64,000 bases of DNA from Chlorokybus atmophyticus. Lineage: Eukaryota; Plantae; Mesostigma and Chlorokybus algae. The notes under the pieces were generated by a model that saw only the letters and a program-made list of their open reading frames with translations, was not told where the DNA came from and did not search any database. The stretch lies in the NCBI GenBank assembly GCA_009103225.1, contig RHPI01000101.1, forward strand, positions 1 to 64,000. Direction: 5' to 3'. A program made the translations under genes and the position numbers. Numbering within the stretch: the stretch's first letter is position 1; every line of letters begins with the position of its first letter. Shown here piece by piece: positions 63,846-64,000 of this stretch.

Positions 63846-64000
63846 CTACAGAGAGCGCCCGCAAGCTTACCACCAACTTATCATAGCACAAGCCACACAC
63901 ATGCACAGTCGCCTTGCTGGCAGTTGATCCTGTTCATCCATGCATGCATGACTGACTCACGGGGTTGGGCAGTAGTAGTAGTAGTAGTAGGATTAGGGGT

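Overview
Eukaryotic, intron-rich genomic DNA, most consistent with a flagellated green-lineage alga. The gene set is plant-type (nucleoside hydrolase, LPEAT, CLT, PP2C) plus a polycystin-2-like channel; introns are GT/GC-AG and the genetic code is standard. (1) 1-21.6 kb is a transposon nest. It holds the end of one LTR, a full-length young chromoviral Ty3/gypsy element (4529-10579, minus, TSD TTGGG) and an older decayed chromovirus (12022-19988, plus, TSD ACGCG). The older element interrupts a spliced orphan gene with a transposase-like CxxH motif, and an inverted copy of that orphan element's 3' end, with a 53-bp phased minisatellite, sits inside its gag. A dense palindrome array lies at about 0.8-1.3 kb. 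(2) 21.7-39.9 kb is a near-identical tandem duplication joined at single N bases, possibly an assembly artefact. Each copy carries a pogo-like MITE, a nucleoside hydrolase gene and a frameshifted atypical kinase; the copies differ by 704 bp. (3) 41.5-64 kb is compact host gene space. A PKD2-like channel with an unusual insertion in its extracellular TOP domain lies head-to-head with a giant coiled-coil/EF-hand gene, followed by PP2C, LPEAT-like acyltransferase and a partial CRT-like transporter. In the two large genes C/G strand skew oscillates in phase with splice sites and even reshapes the encoded amino acids. All alignments, counts and gene models were made by eye; no database searches were run.
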